Shown here: piece by piece, positions 20,666-28,533 of the stretch | How positions within the stretch are numbered: position 1 is the first letter of the stretch | Layout of the letters: every line of letters starts with the position of its first letter | NCBI GenBank assembly: GCA_028704885.1 | Contig: JAQWEN010000001.1 | Location: 523,107 to 587,106 of the forward strand | Direction: 5' to 3' | DNA from: Candidatus Shapirobacteria bacterium | Lineage (GTDB): Bacteria; Patescibacteriota; Microgenomatia; UBA12405 | Length of the DNA: 64,000 nucleotides | Made by a program: the position numbers and the translations under genes | The notes under the pieces: generated by a model | The model's input: the letters and a program-made list of their open reading frames with translations, nothing else | What the model was told of the DNA's origin: nothing | The model's database searches: none

Positions 20666-21751
20666 ATGGGAAAAGAAAGAGTAATTGTGGTAATTGATGG
20701 ACAAGCTGGTTCTTGTGGAAAAGGAAAGATAGCTGGATATATCGCTTTAAAAGAAAATGTTGACGCTGCTGTTACAAACGCAATGCCAAATTCAGGTCAT
20801 GTTTTTGTAGATGAAAAAGGAAATAAAAGAACTTTTAGGAACATTCCTGTGGCTTCAATTAATCAGGAAACTCAATTGTTTATGGGAGCCGGATCGGCAA
20901 TCGATATTGAAGTACTTAAAAAAGAATATGAAGAAAATTCTGATATTTTAAAAGAACGGGAAATAATTGTCCATCCTAGAGTGCCATTGATTGAAGAAAG
21001 ACACAAAGAATTAGAAAGAGAACGTATCCGTTCTGGTTCAACTTTTAAAGGCGGTGGTGCTTGTCTAGCGGAAAAAGTAATGAGAGACGAAAGATTAAAT
21101 TTTTTCGATAAATTTGGGAATATTAGATCAGATGAAACATATATTAAAAAAATAAATAAAGTTTTAGAAAATGGAGGTAGTTTATTAATTGAAGGATCGC
21201 AAGGTTGTGATTTAGATTTAAATAATGGAACTGATTATCCGCATGTTACCAGTAGACAATGCAGTGCCGCTCAAATGGTAGCGGATAGTGGAGTTCCAAT
21301 GTCGGCAGTAACAGATATTGTGATGGTAATAAGGCCTTATCCAATTAGAATTAGTAATCAAACTGATTTAGGAAAAATTTCCAGTGGTAAATATGGTGGG
21401 GCTAAAGAAATTAATTGGAAAGAAATAAATTCTCGATCTAGGGCTGACTTTGAAGAAATCGATTTTACTGAAACAACAACTGTAACTAAAAAAACCAGAA
21501 GAGTATTTGAATTGGATATTGAAAGATTAAAAAATAATATATTAATAAATAGGCCAACAGAGATCGCCTTGAATTTTTTTGAACATTTAAACGCTGATTA
21601 TTGTGGGGAAAAAGGAAATTATAAGGATATTTATATAACTAGATACGAAAGAGAATTTATTAATTGGTTGGAAAGTGAACTAAATGTTCCCATAACTATG
21701 TTGGGGACTGGACCTAAAAATGATGAGATAATTATAAGAAATAAAGGCTAA
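20666..21751 (+). CDS. purZ: PurZ-like N6-succino-2-amino-dAMP synthetase (adenylosuccinate synthetase family)
   Basis: 361 aa; P-loop DGQAGSCGKG with Ser in place of the catalytic Asp of PurA (GDEGKG); PNSGH, GSTFKG, EGSQG, YPHVTSR, RPYPIRISN, ETTTVTKKTRR, ALNFFE, GTGP. Family assignment is secure; PurZ rather than PurA is inferred from residues. Confidence 0.8.
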   Translation: MGKERVIVVIDGQAGSCGKGKIAGYIALKENVDAAVTNAMPNSGHVFVDEKGNKRTFRNIPVASINQETQLFMGAGSAIDIEVLKKEYEENSDILKEREIIVHPRVPLIEERHKELERERIRSGSTFKGGGACLAEKVMRDERLNFFDKFGNIRSDETYIKKINKVLENGGSLLIEGSQGCDLDLNNGTDYPHVTSRQCSAAQMVADSGVPMSAVTDIVMVIRPYPIRISNQTDLGKISSGKYGGAKEINWKEINSRSRADFEEIDFTETTTVTKKTRRVFELDIERLKNNILINRPTEIALNFFEHLNADYCGEKGNYKDIYITRYEREFINWLESELNVPITMLGTGPKNDEIIIRNKG

Positions 21752-21774
21752 TTTAATGGTAGAATACAACGCTA

Positions 21775-22686
21775 ATGAAAAAGATTATTGAAAATAAAAT
21801 TAAATTTGGGCGAGTGGTAATTTTGGGGCGACCTAATACGGGAAAATCGACTTTATTGAATGCCATAATGTCTCAAAAAGTGGCAATAACTTCGCCAATG
21901 GCTCAAACCACCCGAAAAAATACGAGAGTAGTTTTTGAAAATGAAAATGGAAAAATTATTTTTTCTGACACTCCCGGAATTATCAATAAAGTCTCTGATT
22001 TGATCGGGAAAAGAGTTAATACTGAAGCACCAAAAGAAGTCGGTCGAGCCGATATAGTTTTGTGTGTGTTGGATATTTCCAGACCAAAAAATGAAGAAGA
22101 AAATAAAGTAATTGGTTTGGTTAGAAAATCAAAGGCTAAAAAGATTTTAGTTTATAACAAAATTGATCAGGCTATCGGCAGTAAAGACCATTTAGCTGAA
22201 TATAATTATTTAGAAGAAGAATTTGATAAAGTTATTTCGGTTAGTGCTATTAAAGAAAAAAATATAAAAGGATTGATTAACCTAATTTTTGAAATGTTGC
22301 CAGAAAAAGATAGTAAATCGACCGAAGAAGATGCAGAAATAATGCAAGCCAAGGGAAAACCAGTAATTGGACTTAATTCAAAAGATTATATTGCAGAAAT
22401 TATTAGAGAAAAGGCTTATTTATTTTTAAGAAAAGAAGTCCCCTATTCGGTTAATGTAGAAGTTGATAGTGTGGTGGATAAAAAGAAATTAATTTTAATA
22501 AAAGCCAGAATTTTAACTACAGCTGATAGATATAAAAAAATGATTATTGGAGTTGGCGGTAAAAAAATAAAAGAAATTGGTTATAACGCTAGAAAAGAAT
22601 TGGAATTAATGTCGAGCCGAAAAATATTTTTGGAATTATTGGTCGAAATAGACAAACACTGGGCAGAAAGGGATATTGAGAGATAA
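21775..22686 (+). CDS. era: GTPase Era
   Basis: GRPNTGKS, QTTR, DTPG, NKID, KH domain (EVPYS, IIGVGG). Confidence 0.95.
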   Translation: MKKIIENKIKFGRVVILGRPNTGKSTLLNAIMSQKVAITSPMAQTTRKNTRVVFENENGKIIFSDTPGIINKVSDLIGKRVNTEAPKEVGRADIVLCVLDISRPKNEEENKVIGLVRKSKAKKILVYNKIDQAIGSKDHLAEYNYLEEEFDKVISVSAIKEKNIKGLINLIFEMLPEKDSKSTEEDAEIMQAKGKPVIGLNSKDYIAEIIREKAYLFLRKEVPYSVNVEVDSVVDKKKLILIKARILTTADRYKKMIIGVGGKKIKEIGYNARKELELMSSRKIFLELLVEIDKHWAERDIER

Positions 22687-22715
22687 TTATTAATTAAAAA
22701 TTAATAATTAAGAAT

Positions 22716-23666
22716 TTACTTTATATTTTTGGCAATTAAATCGTTGAGTTTTTTAATACTGTCGGGGTCGATAATTGAAGTGCTGATTTGAGCTTTGATT
22801 AATTTTTGGATTTTTATAATTTCTTTTGGATCGAGAGTGTCTGATTTGGTAAGAACAATTATTTCTGGTTTATTAACTAAATTAGAACTATAACTGTTTA
22901 GTTCTTGACGAACTGTTTGATAATCTTTGAGAGGATCTTTAGACTCAGCCGAAACACAATGAATTAAAAGACTGGTTCTTTCGATATGTTTTAGAAATTT
23001 AACACCTAAACCTTTGCCATCAGCAGCACCTTCAATTAACCCTGGAATATCGGCAATAATTAAACCACCTTTAGTAACGCCCAAATTTGGTTCGAGGGTG
23101 GTAAAAGCATAATTGGCAACTCGAGCATTGGCTGGAGTTAATTCATTTAGAAGACTAGTTTTACCAGCATTTGGCAAACCGATAAGACCAATTTGAGCAA
23201 TAAGTTTTAATTGAAGAAAAAGACTTTTAGTCTGACATTTATAACCTAATTCTTTTTCCTGTGGAGTTTGATTAGTGGAAGACTTAAAACAAAAATTTCC
23301 TCGACCACCACTGCCGCCACGAGCCATTAAAACTTTTTGGCCAATTTCAGTTAATTCAATTGAAGTACCATTATCATAAGAAGCAAGAGTACCAACTGGA
23401 ACTTGAATAATTAAATCTTCACCATTTTTACCGGTACAATTGTTTTTACCACCTTTTTCACCTCTCTCGGCTGAATAAATTTTAGTGCTACGAAATTGAT
23501 TTAATTTACTAATATCAGAAACTGCTTCAAAAAAGACAGAACCGCCGTCGCCACCAATACCGCCATCCGGGCCACCTTTGGGGCGAAAAGCATCGTTATA
23601 GAAACTGACAGTACCATCACCGCCGTCGCCACCTTTAATTTTTATTCTAACTTCATCGATAAGCAT
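22716..23666 (-). CDS. obgE: GTPase ObgE
   Basis: Gly-rich Obg fold, GLPNAGKT, YAFTT, DIPG, TKSD; ATG 23666. Confidence 0.96.
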   Translation of the reverse strand: MLIDEVRIKIKGGDGGDGTVSFYNDAFRPKGGPDGGIGGDGGSVFFEAVSDISKLNQFRSTKIYSAERGEKGGKNNCTGKNGEDLIIQVPVGTLASYDNGTSIELTEIGQKVLMARGGSGGRGNFCFKSSTNQTPQEKELGYKCQTKSLFLQLKLIAQIGLIGLPNAGKTSLLNELTPANARVANYAFTTLEPNLGVTKGGLIIADIPGLIEGAADGKGLGVKFLKHIERTSLLIHCVSAESKDPLKDYQTVRQELNSYSSNLVNKPEIIVLTKSDTLDPKEIIKIQKLIKAQISTSIIDPDSIKKLNDLIAKNIK

Positions 23667-23673
23667 GGCTATA

Positions 23674-24666
23674 TTATACAGTAGCAAGCTGTCCGCAGGC
23701 AGCACTTATATCTTGACCAAAAGAACGACGAAGAGAATACTCGACTCCTAATTTATTTAAATAGTCGATAAAGGTTTTTTGTTGATCTGGAGAGGCTGGG
23801 GTCATTCCCCCATCAACTGAATTTAATGGAATAAGATTTAAAAAGAAAAGACGATTGGAATTAATAAAATTTGCCAATAATATGGCATCATTTTGACTGG
23901 TATTAATATCCATTAGGGCATATTCGAAAAATAACTGACGATTAGTTTTGCCGACATAATAATTACAAGCATTTTTTAGTTGGGCCAAGGAATATTGTTT
24001 GGCAATTGGCATAAAAGATTCACGTGTTTTTTGATCGGCGGAATGAAGTGAAACGGCTAAATTTATTTGAGTGTCGAGATTGGCAAACTCGATAATTTTG
24101 TCGGCAACGCCGGCAGTAGAAACACTTATTTTTCTAGCACCGATATTTAATCCTTCGTTAGAATTGATAATATTGATGGCTGTCAATATATTTTCCCAAT
24201 TTAAAAATGGTTCGCCCATACCCATAAATACAACTCGGCCAATATATTTCGGATAAATTTTTTGATTCCAATATAAAATTTGGTCGACAATTTCTTCAGG
24301 AGTTAAATTTCTTTTAAAACCCATTTTGCCGGTAGCACAAAAACTACAGGCTAAAGGACAACCGACCTGGCTGGAAACACAAGCCGTTAACCAATCTTCA
24401 TAATCCATAAAAACTGATTCGATTTTTTGACCATCGGATAGTTCTAATAAGGCTTTTTGAGTGGATTCATTACCGACTATTGTTTTTTCAGAGACTGACA
24501 ATAGAGAAAGTGTTTCAGATAATTTTTGACGAAGAGGGAGAGAAAGATCAGTCATTTGATCAAAATTTAGGTAACGACCAGAATAATAGTTTTTAACTAT
24601 TTGGCGATAGCGAAAAGCGGGAAGCTCTAACGAATCTAAAGTTTTTTTAAGAAGAGATAAATCCAT
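23674..24666 (-). CDS. rlmN: 23S rRNA/tRNA m2A methyltransferase RlmN (radical SAM)
   Basis: CVSSQVGCPLACSFCATG, MGMGEP, SLH, AACGQL. Confidence 0.93.
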   Translation of the reverse strand: MDLSLLKKTLDSLELPAFRYRQIVKNYYSGRYLNFDQMTDLSLPLRQKLSETLSLLSVSEKTIVGNESTQKALLELSDGQKIESVFMDYEDWLTACVSSQVGCPLACSFCATGKMGFKRNLTPEEIVDQILYWNQKIYPKYIGRVVFMGMGEPFLNWENILTAINIINSNEGLNIGARKISVSTAGVADKIIEFANLDTQINLAVSLHSADQKTRESFMPIAKQYSLAQLKNACNYYVGKTNRQLFFEYALMDINTSQNDAILLANFINSNRLFFLNLIPLNSVDGGMTPASPDQQKTFIDYLNKLGVEYSLRRSFGQDISAACGQLATV

Positions 24667-24669
24667 TGA

Positions 24670-24981
24670 TTATGCCTTATTTATGGCATTAATATAATCT
24701 TGTTTTTGCTTGAAGCCAATAAAAGTATCAACAATTTGGCCTTTGTTAAACAAAATAACAAGAGGAATCGAAGAGACATTATATTGAGTTGATAGTTCTT
24801 CGTTTTCGTCAACATTAATTTTGGTAACTTTAACTTTATCTGCCATTTCAGCGCTAATTTCTTCCATAACCGGGGTTAACATTTGACAAGGACCACACCA
24901 AGGAGCCCAAAAATCGACCAAAACTTTACCTTCAAAATCTAGAACTTCAGTTTTAAAATTTTCTTTAGTTAGATTAAGCAT
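24670..24981 (-). CDS. trxA: Thioredoxin
   Basis: DFWAPWCGPC. Confidence 0.97.
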   Translation of the reverse strand: MLNLTKENFKTEVLDFEGKVLVDFWAPWCGPCQMLTPVMEEISAEMADKVKVTKINVDENEELSTQYNVSSIPLVILFNKGQIVDTFIGFKQKQDYINAINKA

Positions 24982-24996
24982 AGGATTTATTATACC

Positions 24997-25407
24997 TTAT
25001 TTGGTTTTAACTAATTTGGCAGTGTAGATAATTTGACGAAGAACACCATCTGGACCTTCAATTTGATTGGTGCCAGAAAGCATGACAAATTGGGCCAAAT
25101 AATCAGACATAGCAGTTTTTAATTCTTTAATTTGAATGTGGGCATCTTTCATTTTTTCAACCAACAGAGCGGCTTCGGAACGGGCCATAACTTTTTGTTT
25201 GGCAATGGTTTTAAGTTTAGCTTGCTTTTTAGCTTCTTGGGCCACTTCTTGATATTCAATATCGCTATCTAAAATAGAATCTAGTTGTGATTTTTGTTCT
25301 TGAAATTCTTTTTGGAGAACTTCAAATCTGGCAGTTGAGGAATTGATGAGAGATTCAATATTTAATAAATTAGCGACTTGGTTTGGATTTTGATTTTCGT
25401 TTGGCAT
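24997..25407 (-). CDS. Hypothetical coiled-coil protein
   Basis: Helical heptad-rich ORF co-oriented within the operon; ATG 25407. Confidence 0.7.
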   Translation of the reverse strand: MPNENQNPNQVANLLNIESLINSSTARFEVLQKEFQEQKSQLDSILDSDIEYQEVAQEAKKQAKLKTIAKQKVMARSEAALLVEKMKDAHIQIKELKTAMSDYLAQFVMLSGTNQIEGPDGVLRQIIYTAKLVKTK

Positions 25408-25420
25408 ACCTTTTACTTTA

Positions 25421-26488
25421 TCAAGATAAAAAGTCACCTTCAAGTTGCAAAAGATCTTCGATTGAATTTAGTCGAACTAATTTTGATCTCAATTGTTTGG
25501 CATTGACCAAACCAGAGGCATAAAACAAAAAGTTTTTTCGAAGACTATCAAAACGGCGATTAGGAAAAACTTCCTTAAAAAACTGGGCATGAAGAAGCAT
25601 GGCGGAAAAACGCTCTTTTGGAGTGGCAATATAATCTTTGAAACACCAAGGGTTGCCGCAAGCAGCTCGACCAATTAAAACACCATCGACACCATATTTT
25701 TCACAAAATTCTAAGGCTTGAGATTTAGACTCAATATCACCGTTGCCCAAAATTTTAGTGTTAGTATTTTTGGCTAATTCAACTACATTCTGAATTTCTG
25801 ACCAGTCGGCAGTGCCAGCATAGCCTTGTTTAAGAGTGCGAGCGTGAATAGTTAGAAAATCTAAATCTTGAGCCAATAAAATTGTGGCCCAGGAATCGAT
25901 AATAGATTTATCAATGCCGAGACGAGTCTTAACAGAGATAGTGGGACGAATCCTCTCTGTCCCTTCGGGACATCTCCCTTTAACAAAGGGAGAAATATTT
26001 ATTTCGGAATATTTTTTGTTGCGATTAATTACATTAAGAGTTTTTTGATTAAGACCGAGGTCGGTGATTTTAATTTTATTTTCAAACCAATCATTAATCC
26101 CCTGTTTGGTTTTTTTAATAATTTCAACAGCTAAATCTGGTTTAGAAATTAGAGCAGCGCCGCTACCATTTTGGGTGACGGTTTTGGCGGGACAACCCAT
26201 ATTAATATCAATGCCATCAAAACCTAATTCAGATAAAATAATGGCTGATTTATAGAAACTATCTGGATTTTTGCCAAATAATTGGCCAATAATTGGGTGT
26301 TCTTGATTTGAAAATAAAAGAGTGTCGTACAATTTAACTCCACCATGACTGATGCCTTCGGCACTGACAAATTCAGTAAACATTAAATCCGGCTTGGCGA
26401 TTTGAACTTGGAGTAGACGAAAAGCTTCATCAGTAATTCCATCCATTGGAGAAAGAGCGATGATTGGAAGTTTGTTTATAAAACTCAT
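25421..26488 (-). CDS. tRNA-dihydrouridine synthase
   Basis: LSPMDGITD, TEFVS, DINMGCP, GSGAAL, SVKTRLG, IHART, GNGD, GRA; carries an in-frame palindromic insertion. Confidence 0.93.
   Translation of the reverse strand: MSFINKLPIIALSPMDGITDEAFRLLQVQIAKPDLMFTEFVSAEGISHGGVKLYDTLLFSNQEHPIIGQLFGKNPDSFYKSAIILSELGFDGIDINMGCPAKTVTQNGSGAALISKPDLAVEIIKKTKQGINDWFENKIKITDLGLNQKTLNVINRNKKYSEINISPFVKGRCPEGTERIRPTISVKTRLGIDKSIIDSWATILLAQDLDFLTIHARTLKQGYAGTADWSEIQNVVELAKNTNTKILGNGDIESKSQALEFCEKYGVDGVLIGRAACGNPWCFKDYIATPKERFSAMLLHAQFFKEVFPNRRFDSLRKNFLFYASGLVNAKQLRSKLVRLNSIEDLLQLEGDFLS
25952..25995. repeat. Double-hairpin REP-like element, copy 1, inside the dus gene
   Basis: TGTCCC-TTC-GGGACA followed by TCTCCCTTT-AAC-AAAGGGAGA; similar copies at 46917 and 55031. 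Confidence 0.85.
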
Positions 26489-27225
26489 TATTTATTTTTT
26501 TTGGATTTGAAGGCAAATTTAGCGCCAACTTTGGAACCAAAATTACGTTGTTTAAAAACAGATGATCTAACATGAAGATCAGAACTAGATTTATATTCTG
26601 GTTTTTGACCTGGCTTTGGTCTAAATTTCTTCTTATTAGGATTTAGATCAGGAAAAAATTTAGGAATATATTCGCCAGTGGTATTTCTATTTAGAGATTT
26701 ACCGACAGAATTGAAAACTGGCTTACCGCCTTTATATTCTCGGGATTTGCTTTTTTCGCCGAAAACCGGAGAATAATTTGATGATGGTCGACTAATAGAT
26801 TGTGGACGAGGTGGATATTGACGATTATCAAGAGATCTTTTTTGGGCTTGATAATCGGAAAGATCACTGTCAGGATGAGGTAAAAATGGCTGAGGTTGAC
26901 GACGATTTGGATGATCTTTTAGAGCTTCTTCATGACGAGCTTGACCTTCGGCGGTTAAAAACGGATCAGCTTCGGCATAATCAACAATTATAGTTCTATC
27001 ACCAATGTAGTAATTATGATATTTGGTTTTAGCACGAATAGCATCGTCAAGATTTTCAAATTCAACAAAGCCGATACCACGACTTTTGCCCCATTGATTG
27101 TGCATGATGCGAACAGAAATAATTTTACCTTCGGCAACAAAAAGGGAAAGTAATTCCCCTTCAGTAAAGCGATAAGGTAAACTGCCGATGAATAGGCGTT
27201 TTGAGACAGGTTTTGGTAATGACAT
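26488..27225 (-). CDS. RRM RNA-binding protein with long low-complexity basic C-terminal tail
   Basis: RNP2 LFIGSL, RNP1 RGIGFVEF, then about 150 aa rich in P/S/R/K. Confidence 0.85.
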   Translation of the reverse strand: MSLPKPVSKRLFIGSLPYRFTEGELLSLFVAEGKIISVRIMHNQWGKSRGIGFVEFENLDDAIRAKTKYHNYYIGDRTIIVDYAEADPFLTAEGQARHEEALKDHPNRRQPQPFLPHPDSDLSDYQAQKRSLDNRQYPPRPQSISRPSSNYSPVFGEKSKSREYKGGKPVFNSVGKSLNRNTTGEYIPKFFPDLNPNKKKFRPKPGQKPEYKSSSDLHVRSSVFKQRNFGSKVGAKFAFKSKKNK

Positions 27226-27258
27226 AGATGTTTATATTATACCTGGTAAAATAGATTT

Positions 27259-27885
27259 ATGCTCAGCTATGAAAAAATATTGATTGGAGAGTTAGAAACT
27301 AACTGTTATTTGATCTGGGAAGAAGAAACAAAAGAATGTTTAGTAATTGATCCGGGTGATGATGGAGTGGGTATTAGTGAAGAAATAAATAATAAAAAAT
27401 TAAAAGTTAAAGCTGTATTTTTAACCCATGGCCATTTTGACCATTCAATGGGAGCATTGGATTTAAAATTAATTTACAATGTTGATTTTGGCTGCAGTGA
27501 AAAAGATGCTTTTCTTTTAGATAGACAAGATGAAACAGCTAAACATTTTTTAAAAAAAGAAATTCAAGTGCCTAATTTTATAAAAATAGATATTGATTTA
27601 GATAAAATAAAAAAATTTGAATTAGGAGAAGAAATAATAGAAATTATTAAAACTCCGGGACACACTCCAGGTAGTGTGTGTTTTTACAATAAAAAGAATA
27701 AATTATTGTTTAGTGGAGATACATTATTTGCCGGACTTAGGGGTAGAACTGATTTTAAATACGGATCAACCAAAGAAATATTTAAGAGTCTTAAAAAATT
27801 GATGAAATTAGACAAGAAAACATTAGTTTTACCAGGACATGGAGATGAAACGACAATCGAGAGAGAATCTAGACGTTACCTCTAA
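27259..27885 (+). CDS. MBL-fold metallo-hydrolase (glyoxalase II-like)
   Basis: THGHFDH, TPGHTPG, SGDTLF, PGHG. Confidence 0.92.
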   Translation: MLSYEKILIGELETNCYLIWEEETKECLVIDPGDDGVGISEEINNKKLKVKAVFLTHGHFDHSMGALDLKLIYNVDFGCSEKDAFLLDRQDETAKHFLKKEIQVPNFIKIDIDLDKIKKFELGEEIIEIIKTPGHTPGSVCFYNKKNKLLFSGDTLFAGLRGRTDFKYGSTKEIFKSLKKLMKLDKKTLVLPGHGDETTIERESRRYL

Positions 27886-28036
27886 GATTATCAATAGTTT
27901 CTTCAAAATTTTTGATGTGATCTTGTTTAATACTTTCCAAAAGCTCAATTAAAAGACCGTTGATGTAAGTTTCAATGGCTTTTGATTGTTCTGGAGTTAA
28001 TTTTAGATCTTGGGTTAGTTGTTCAATGGTTTGCAT
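27869..28036 (-). CDS. Small hypothetical protein (55 aa)
   Basis: MQTIEQLTQDLKLTPEQSKAIETYINGLLIELLESIKQDHIKNFEETIDNLRGNV; TATAAT just upstream on the minus strand; below the ORF-track cutoff. Confidence 0.6.
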   Translation of the reverse strand: MQTIEQLTQDLKLTPEQSKAIETYINGLLIELLESIKQDHIKNFEETIDNLRGNV

Positions 28037-28075
28037 TAATTAGATTATAACATTTGTCGTATAATAGGTTGTCTT

Positions 28076-28154
28076 TAATGCTTCGTCGTTGCCGATTCGA
28101 TTAAAGTCGAATCGAGCATCCTCGATCTGAAGGATCGGGACTAATGGTAGGACA
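28076..28154 (+). repeat. Duplicated 5' segment of tRNA-Gln interrupted by a 51-nt double hairpin
   Basis: TAATGCTTCGTCGT (28076-28089) plus CTAATGGTAGGACA (28141-28154) together are identical to 28399-28426; the insert is 28090-28140. Confidence 0.9.
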
Positions 28155-28158
28155 AAAT

Positions 28159-28401
28159 ATGTATTACACTTATGTTTTAATTTCAGTAAAAGACAATTCT
28201 TATTACATCGGTTCAACTTCTAACATTGAACAAAGATTAAACTATCACAATACTGGAAGATCTAGCTACACAAAATTAAAAATGCCGTGGAATTTGGTAT
28301 ACTTTGAGGAATTTCAAACCCTTTCTTTAGCTAGAAAAAGAGAAACACAAATAAAAGCTTGGAAAAGCAGAAAAGCTATTGAAAGATTGATAAAAAAATA
28401 A
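28159..28401 (+). CDS. Small standalone GIY-YIG nuclease
   Basis: YTYVL...YYIGST...RLNYHN...YT...PWNLVYFE...ARKRE.QIK; 80 aa. Confidence 0.9.
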   Translation: MYYTYVLISVKDNSYYIGSTSNIEQRLNYHNTGRSSYTKLKMPWNLVYFEEFQTLSLARKRETQIKAWKSRKAIERLIKK

Positions 28402-28472
28402 TGCTTCGTCGTCTAATGGTAGGACAGTCGGCTCTGAACCGACTAATTGTGGTTCGAATCCATACGAAGCAA
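28402..28472 (+). tRNA. tRNA-Gln (CTG)
   Basis: Acceptor TGCTTCG/CGAAGCA, anticodon arm GTCGG-CTCTGAA-CCGAC, GGTTCGAATCC; no encoded CCA. Confidence 0.95.
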
Positions 28473-28533
28473 CAAATATTGGTCGTAAAAAATAGTTTAT
28501 ACGGTAAATTTTGAAAATTACAGTCAAATAAAA

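Noticed and set aside
20666-21751. Annotation as ordinary purA
   Set aside because: The catalytic Asp of GDEGKG is Ser, the GTP-specificity TKxD motif is replaced by NFFE, and the protein is about 70 aa shorter than bacterial PurA.
20000-23000. Prophage around the PurZ-like gene
   Set aside because: The flanks are lon and era/obgE; no integrase, structural genes or att repeats were seen.
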